This document shows, piece by piece, positions 57,717 through 64,000 of a DNA stretch of 64,000 nt (the first letter of the stretch is position 1; every line of letters begins with the position of its first letter). Where the stretch lies: the NCBI GenBank assembly GCA_965198115.1, contig OZ240241.1:576001-640000 (forward strand). Reading direction: 5' to 3'. The stretch is from Candidatus Latescibacterota bacterium. Its GTDB lineage: Bacteria; Latescibacterota; UBA2968. The notes below the pieces were generated by a model. The model ran no database searches and had not been told where the DNA came from. It saw nothing but the letters and a program-made list of their open reading frames with translations. Both the position numbers and the translations under genes were made by a program.

Positions 57717-59136
57717 GGCTCTATCCGGGTTTCTCAACGGTGAAACTATAGAATGACAAGGTCATAGATCGTTCCCTACGCTTGGTTGTGTGTGTAGGAC
57801 AATCAAAGCGAAGGGGGTGCGACCTATGACCGGGAGCAGATTACTATCGAAACTGCTGAGATTCAAGGGGTTCCGTGTTGTCAGCTGGTGGTTTGAGGGG
57901 AGAAGCTGCTTCGTCATCGCCGTAAAGCCACATAAGAATGGTTGTTGTTGTCCGGAGTGCGGCCGTCGAGGTAAAATCGTCCGCACAATGCCCCATCCGC
58001 GTCGGTGGCGTGACATTCCGGTGTGCGGGTGGAGGGTCTGGCTTCTCTACCATCCTCGGGAGATTCGGTGTCCTACCCACGGTCGTGTGGTCGAGGAGAT
58101 TCCGTGGGCGGAGCGGTTCTCTCGGGTGACGTATCGCTTCGAGTATGCCATGCTGCGCTACTGCCAGACCATGACGCAGAAGGCGGCGTCCGAGTTACTG
58201 CGCATCTCTGCCTCGACGCTGTCGGATCTCCTTCACCGATCCATCACGCGGCTTCGTGAAGGTCATCGTATCCGAGGGCTCAAAACCATCGGGATCGACG
58301 AGATCTCCTACGCCAAGCGTCACAGGTACGCCACGCTCGTTTACGATCTGGACCGCTCCTGCGTGGTGTGGGTTGGCCGCGGCAGGGCGCGTAAAACGAT
58401 CGATCGGTTCTTCACAGAGGCTCTCAGTCCCTACCGGAGATCCAAGATCGAGTGGGCCTGCTGCGACATGAGCGAAGCTTACATCGGAGCCATCCAGGAA
58501 CACTGTCCGAATGCCAAGCTGGTCCTCGATCGCTTTCACATCGTCAAGGCTCTCAATGCCGCCGTTGACGAGGTCCGTAAGGACCAGTGGCGTAAAGCTG
58601 CCCCGGATGAGCGCAAAGCCATGAAGGGCCTCCGATGGCTCCTCTACCGGCACTCAGCGACACGCTCCAGAGGGGATACTCGGACACTCAAAGCACTGGA
58701 GAAGGCGAACTACCGAATCTATAGAGCCTGGAGACTCAAGGACGAGTTCGAGCAGTTCTGGGAATACAAAGCGCCCTGGGCTGCCGAACGCTTCCTGAAA
58801 TGCTGGACGACGTCCGCACTCAGAAGTCGACGTGAACCCCTGCGAAAGTTCGTCAGGACCCTGCGACAGCACTTCTTCGGCGTCCTCGCATTCGTGAACA
58901 CGCGTCTTACCAACGCCATCGCCGAAGGCCTCAACCGAATCGTCCAAATCGTCAAGAACCGAGCCAGCGGATTCCGCACACTCGACGCATTCAACGATAT
59001 GATCTTCCTTACCGTCGGAGACATAAACATCCCTGAGCAGATTCCGAAGAGGTTCCGCACACGCTAACCGCGCCCCCATGCCAGGAACCACGGCACCTTC
59101 ACCCACTTCAGCTCGTTGAGAGATCCGGATATAGCC
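57717..59136 (+). mobile_element. ISL3 family element, complete
   Basis: IRs as above; TSD TTGAAAAA. Confidence 0.93.
57790..59067 (+). CDS. ISL3 family transposase
   Basis: Near-identical to 22843-24120. Confidence 0.93.
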   Translation: MCRTIKAKGVRPMTGSRLLSKLLRFKGFRVVSWWFEGRSCFVIAVKPHKNGCCCPECGRRGKIVRTMPHPRRWRDIPVCGWRVWLLYHPREIRCPTHGRVVEEIPWAERFSRVTYRFEYAMLRYCQTMTQKAASELLRISASTLSDLLHRSITRLREGHRIRGLKTIGIDEISYAKRHRYATLVYDLDRSCVVWVGRGRARKTIDRFFTEALSPYRRSKIEWACCDMSEAYIGAIQEHCPNAKLVLDRFHIVKALNAAVDEVRKDQWRKAAPDERKAMKGLRWLLYRHSATRSRGDTRTLKALEKANYRIYRAWRLKDEFEQFWEYKAPWAAERFLKCWTTSALRSRREPLRKFVRTLRQHFFGVLAFVNTRLTNAIAEGLNRIVQIVKNRASGFRTLDAFNDMIFLTVGDINIPEQIPKRFRTR

Positions 59137-59244
59137 TTGAAAAAGCGGGTCCAGGCCATGGCCCGGCCCTTGAAGAACCTCCCCGCAAGAACGTCAAGCA
59201 GGAGAAAACCACTGAGCCGACAAAACGGCTGAGTCCGGGAGAGC

Positions 59245-59745
59245 CGCAGCGGAGCGCAGGTCCGGTACACCAGCCACAGGTAGAGATCGAGGCCCCAGGG
59301 CGCAGCGTTTGAGCGCCGGCCGTGGTGTAGTTCAGTCGAGCAGAAGCAAGATCGCTCGAACCCGATCTTCGGTGCCGATCACCGTCATGTTCTAATACGC
59401 TGAACCTCAGTGATGTCCATCGACAAATCACTCCAGGAGATCTTACCGCGCGGCCAACGAAAATCGTTAAGACGCAGAGCCGCCGCCAGGCGTGTCACTT
59501 CACGCAGCTCGTCGGGGCGAGCGACGTGAACTTCGAGATGAGTGAAAAGTGGACCCATCCCCGGTGGCCGATATAATGAGCTTGTACGGGCCGTTGCGTC
59601 GGACATACCGAAACCGGTTGCCTGGGTTGGTGCGGGGCAGGGCACAGCGCCATCATCCGCGCCATGAAGCCCCTGTCGGGGTCCGCTTCGCTGGCGTTGA
59701 CAAGCTGGTTCACCTGATCGGCGCGGGTGAAGTGGCGTTTGTGTC
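59245..59745 (-). pseudogene. plasmid replication protein RepA (IncW-like) remnants
   Basis: RHFTRADQVNQLVNASEADPDRGFMARMMALC and LDLYLWLVYRT..PLRLS fragments. Confidence 0.6.
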
Positions 59746-59929
59746 GGAGGCGAGGGTATAAGCGCTCCTGGCCGGAGTTGAACTACTCGACGGCTCCGGG
59801 CGTCTTGACCCTCGTTGAATCGACATCTACAGACTTGGGTTAGGTGCTTTGACGCGGGCCTGGGTGTCCCACTTCCATGTGTCCCACTTTTCCTCGCAGA
59901 AAAACACGCACGGCTGTCCAGTCTTCCAC

Positions 59930-60175
59930 TACCCCCGCGGGAAGGCATACCGCTCGAAGGTCAACATCCAGTCGCGGCCCTGCGCCCGACTTCGCCACCC
60001 GGCCCGCTTCTGCTCGACCACACGTCGAGCGGCTTCGGCGAACGTGGGTATACCAACGGAGCGCCGCTTCTCTGCCAGCGGGTCGCCGCCCGAGCGGGCG
60101 AGCTTGCGGTTGGCCAGCGCCTGCTCGCGGGCCTCGGCCAGCGAGACCAGGGCGACGCTCCCGAGCCCGAGCGCG
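59930..60175 (-). pseudogene. P4-like tyrosine integrase arm-binding domain fragment
   Basis: LGLGSVALVSLAEARE..R..ARSGGDPL..PTFAEAA. Confidence 0.75.
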
Positions 60176-60463
60176 TGATCGATTCGGAAGAAGCCATCCA
60201 ACTCCTTGCGGCCGCTCGCCATGACGTGCGGCTTGGCCAGTGCCCTGTGGGATCGCGACATCGGCCAAATTTTTGATAAAAAGGGATGAGATTGTGACCG
60301 AAGGACAGATGACGGACGAGATCACGGCGGTGTTGAGCGAGGGCGGGCGCGAAGCGATCAAGACCGGCTGGACGCGGCGCGTCCCCAATGCTACCGTGGA
60401 CTTTTTGGGAGCTTTTGGGGTTGGCCATGATGGAGGCCTTCGCGAGCGATGAAGATCATCTTG

Positions 60464-61518
60464 GGGTGTGTCCAGAGATTTGTGTAACTGGTGACACGAT
60501 TACTTTAACGGGACACGATCTTCGAACATGATGGCGAACCGGTTGATGGCCCCATTCCAATCGTTCAGTGGCCGGGTCCATCGTTTGGAGATGTTTCGGA
60601 TCGCCAGATACAGGAGTTTGATGGCGGCCTGATCATTCGGGAACGCGCCTCTGTTCTTCGTGACTTTCCGGAGCGATGCGTTCATTGACTCGATGGCGTT
60701 CGTCGTGTAGATCACCTTCCGGATCTCTGGTGGGTAGGCGAAGAACGGGGTGATGTGCTCCCAGTGTTCACGCCAGGACCGACCGATCATCGAGTAGGTG
60801 TTGTCCCACTTCACAGAGAACTTCTCCAGTTGGTTCTCGGCCTTACGAAGTGTGGCGGACTGGTAGATCGCTTTGAGGTCTCGGGCGACTTCTTTGCGGT
60901 TCTTCCAGGAGACGTAGTTCAAGCTGTTCCGCACCATATGGACGATGCACAGTTGAACATCTGTCCTCGGGAAGACGGCTTCAATCGCTTCAGGGAAGCC
61001 GTTGAGCCCATCTACACAGGCCAGGAAGATATCGTTGACGCCACGGTTCTGGAGCTCGGTCAGGACCGACATCCAGAACTTCGCGCCTTCGTTCTGAGCC
61101 GTCCAAAGGCCTAAGAGCTCTTTGTTTCCTGATAGATTAACGCCCAACGCAAGGTAGACGGCCTTGTTCGTGACGCTTCCATCGTCTCGAATCTTGACGC
61201 GGATCGCGTCCAGATAGACGATCGGATAGATGGTGTCCAGAGGTCTGGACTGCCAGGCCTTGACCTCCTCGATGACATCATCAGTCACACTGGAGAGCAG
61301 CGAGGGAGAGACATCGACCCCGTAGAGCTCCTTCAGGTGCTCCTGAATCGCTCGAGTCGTCATCCCACGGGAATACAGCGAGATGATCGTGTCATCAAAC
61401 CTGTCGAACCGTCTCTGGCGCTTTCTGACGATCTGGGGCTCGAACTCACCATTGCGGTCCCGAGGCACTTCGATCGGGATCGCACCACGGTCGGTCTTCA
61501 GTGTCTTCGGAGTCTTGC
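60464..61518 (-). mobile_element. IS256 family element (type C), 5'-truncated
   Basis: PRDRNGEFEP, VYLDAI, VDGL.GF, QLCIVH, YTTNAIES; right IR present, left end absent. Confidence 0.9.
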
Positions 61519-62513
61519 TCGCGGAGCGCCTGTCCGAGGTTCATCGCGGCGACTTCGTGGAGCCGACGAATATCACGTTCGAGGAGTTCAAGGACCGCTG
61601 GGTGTCTCAATACGCCGAAACCCAGGTTGTACCTAACACCCTTCAACGCTACCGCTCTCAGTTCAAGATTCACCTGCTTCCGGCGTTCGGGGACAAGAAT
61701 CTATCTCAGATTGGCGTGGAGGACATTCAGAGGTACAGGTCCGACAAGGAGAAGACTCTGGCGCCCGGCACTGTCAAACAACACCTCTCGCTCCTACGGC
61801 AGATGTTCGACCATGCCATCGACTGGGATTATCTCAGGAAGAATCCCGCCAAGAAGGTTCCCAATCCGAAGGTTCCGAAACGCGAGAAGGACTTTCTTGC
61901 TCCTGATGAGGTCCGTGCCCTTCTCGAGCACACGCCGGAGAGGTGGTATGCCTTCATTCTCGTGGCGGTGACGACAGGGCTTCGTGTCGGCGAGCTGCTG
62001 GCAATGAAGTGGTCCAACGTGGATTGGGATCAGAGCAAGTACTTCGTGCGCGAGAATCTACAGCGGAAGACAGAGACGCACCCCAAGGGTTTCTCGGCGC
62101 CGAAGTCAGACGACTCGGTTGCTCCTGTGGACCTCTCTCCTCGAGCCTGTGAGGCTCTCAGGGCCCACCGTGCAGCGCAGGCCGAGGAAAAGCTGGGAGC
62201 CGGCGCGGGTTACCGGGACCTGAATCTTATCTTCGCGACTGAGAAGGGCCAGCCCCTTGACCACTGGAAAGTCAAGAGAAGGGTATTCGAGCCAGCATTG
62301 AAAAACGCGGGGATTCGGAGAATCCGATTTCACGACTTGAGGCACACCTGTGCGTCCTTGCTGATAGCCCAGGGCGAGAGCCCCAAGTATATCCAGAAAC
62401 AGCTTCGACACGCCTCCATAGAAATGACCTTCGATACATACGGGCACCTTTTTCCCGAGGCGGCACAGGAAGCCGTTCAGAGATTGGATGGGGTGATTTT
62501 CGGCGGGAAGTGA
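61515..62513 (+). pseudogene. tyrosine-type site-specific integrase, N-terminus deleted
   Basis: TGLRVGE, PKS, FHDLRHT, LRHA, TFDTYGH catalytic set. Confidence 0.85.
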
Positions 62514-62525
62514 ATAGGGAGTCCG

Positions 62526-62556
62526 TCTAACGAAATCTAATGAAAATCTAATGAGC
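62526..62556 (+). repeat. putative integrase arm-type sites
   Basis: TCTAA(C/T)GA direct repeats at 62526, 62536, 62547. Confidence 0.55.
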
Positions 62557-62670
62557 GGGGCAGAATTAGACGAAAACAGCCCTAAATAGACTGAAAGATC
62601 ATTGGCTGTAAATCCCTGCGAGACAGAGCTTTTTAGAACTAAACCGAAGCAGACCAAAAGGCCGGTTGTC

Positions 62671-62717
<47 letters not shown>

Positions 62718-62725
62718 GCTTGTTC

Positions 62726-62763
62726 GGCGGGGTCAGATCGCAGATCTGGCCCCGTTTCTTTTT
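62726..62763 (+). terminator. rho-independent terminator after the tRNA 3' end
   Basis: GGCGGGGTCAGATC-GCA-GATCTGGCCCCGTT then TCTTTTT. Confidence 0.75.
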
Positions 62764-62902
62764 GCCAGAGCGCTATGTTCGGGGAGCCTTACAAAGAGCT
62801 TTACTTCAGAGGTTGCGTGATCCATACAAGCTTGACAATTCGGATTGCAGGGGACACATTTCTGCCCTTCGGCAACCCCAATCCCTCACTGTGGAGGTTA
62901 CA

Positions 62903-63340
62903 ATGGCTGGTATCGTTCCCCTCATCAGTTCCGGTGTGCAAGGGCCCCTGGGCGTGTTTCATCTGCCCCGATTCTGGCAGAAGGTCGTCCTGAAGGCGAC
63001 CGGGAACCTGCACGACGAATATCCTGAATGTGGCGCCGGATTCGATGCGATGGTGCTTGGCGCCCTCGGCCTCGATCAGGACGCGACACTGGCGTACTTG
63101 CACGAGAATGTGCCTTCCTACCCCGAGTTCGAAAAGTGGATCCTCGAGCAGAAGGGCGGGAGTGTGGACCAGGCTGCGATCGATGAGTTCAACGCCGCAG
63201 CTCAGGGCTACAACCACGACGACGACACCCGTAAAGCGATCCTCGAGGGAGCTGGTATCGAGGACGACGGGACGATCTTAGACGCCGTCCATCTGAATCA
63301 GCTGGAAGACTGGACCGAATTCCACGCGTCGCTGAAGTAG
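62903..63340 (+). CDS. DUF5069-like protein
   Basis: RBS ggagg; GPLGVFHLPRFWQK..EYP..G.GFD. Confidence 0.7.
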   Translation: MAGIVPLISSGVQGPLGVFHLPRFWQKVVLKATGNLHDEYPECGAGFDAMVLGALGLDQDATLAYLHENVPSYPEFEKWILEQKGGSVDQAAIDEFNAAAQGYNHDDDTRKAILEGAGIEDDGTILDAVHLNQLEDWTEFHASLK

Positions 63341-63353
63341 CCGGAGAGTTCCA

Positions 63354-64000
63354 ATGGCGAATGACTTCACAATCGGTGTCGTCGGCGTCGGTAGAATGGG
63401 CAGCAACATCGCACGTCATCTGAAGGACGACGGATTCACTGTATCCGCCGTTTACGACACGGCGACCGATCTGGCCAAGGATCTGGCGGGCGAGCTGGGT
63501 TGTGCCCACGCCGAGACCCTGGCTGCGGTCACGTCCCAGGCCAACACGGTCATCACGGTCGTGACCAATGACGACTCGATGCGCGACATTTTTTCGTTGT
63601 CGGGCGACAGTTTACTCACCGATGCATCGGGCACGACCTTCATCAACTGCGCGACGGTCTCCCCGGCCATCCACGTCGAGGTGGAAGCCCTGTGCGAGAA
63701 GGCCGGGGGAAGCAGCCTCGAAGGGTGTATGGCCAGCAGCATCACTCAGGCGAGAGAAGGCACGCTCTACCTGATGTGCGGTGGTAAGCGGGACGTGTTC
63801 GACCGTGTCAAGCCGATCCTCGATTCGATGAGCACCGACCTTCGTTACATCGGGGAATCGGGCCGTGCTGCCCAGGTCAAGGCCCTCGTGAACATGGTCA
63901 TGAACATCAACACGGCGGGTCTGGCCGAAGGGCTCGGCCTCGGCCAGGCGCTCGGTCTTGATCTGAACACGCTGATGGAGGTCTTTTCACAGACGGGTGC
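63354..64000 (+). CDS. NAD(P)-dependent oxidoreductase, 3-hydroxyisobutyrate dehydrogenase family (runs off right edge)
   Basis: GVVGVGRMG, INCATVSP, GTLYLMCGG, QVKALVN. Confidence 0.88.
   Translation, partial: MANDFTIGVVGVGRMGSNIARHLKDDGFTVSAVYDTATDLAKDLAGELGCAHAETLAAVTSQANTVITVVTNDDSMRDIFSLSGDSLLTDASGTTFINCATVSPAIHVEVEALCEKAGGSSLEGCMASSITQAREGTLYLMCGGKRDVFDRVKPILDSMSTDLRYIGESGRAAQVKALVNMVMNINTAGLAEGLGLGQALGLDLNTLMEVFSQTG

Noticed and set aside
61383-61514. N-terminus of the 376-aa integrase ORF as given in the ORF track
   Set aside because: It is the antisense strand of the IS256 transposase; an accidental fusion

Overview
GC-rich bacterial chromosomal window. Gene style (propeller/Y_Y_Y sensor kinases, PhyH, BNR-repeat proteins, an ADFDGSGTIDF EF-hand tail) is reminiscent of Candidatus Latescibacterota; this is an inference. 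Intact housekeeping-type genes sit at both edges: a D-threonine-aldolase-like enzyme, Gfo/Idh/MocA oxidoreductase and lepB on the left, and a DUF5069-like protein and NAD(P) oxidoreductase on the right. Between them is a heavily eroded accessory region: about 17 IS copies or fragments (three IS256 types, IS3, ISL3, IS200, IS630, IS1380, ISNCY-like; about a quarter of the window by my coordinate sum), many truncated or frameshifted genes, and plasmid RepA and integrase remnants. It ends at a tyrosine integrase next to a tRNA-Pro(TGG) 3' fragment (att site). The two best leads: (1) a cobalamin-independent methionine synthase II (MetE-like) gene whose Zn-ligand Cys codon is an in-frame TGA followed 11 nt later by a SECIS-like hairpin, i.e. 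a probable selenoprotein; (2) a two-gene unit encoding an MMPL/RND transporter fused to a DAG-kinase-like domain with altered catalytic motifs, plus a thymidylate-kinase-like P-loop domain fused to a SAM methyltransferase, behind a palindromic operator. All family assignments are by eye from motifs; no searches were run. Some frameshifts may be sequencing errors.
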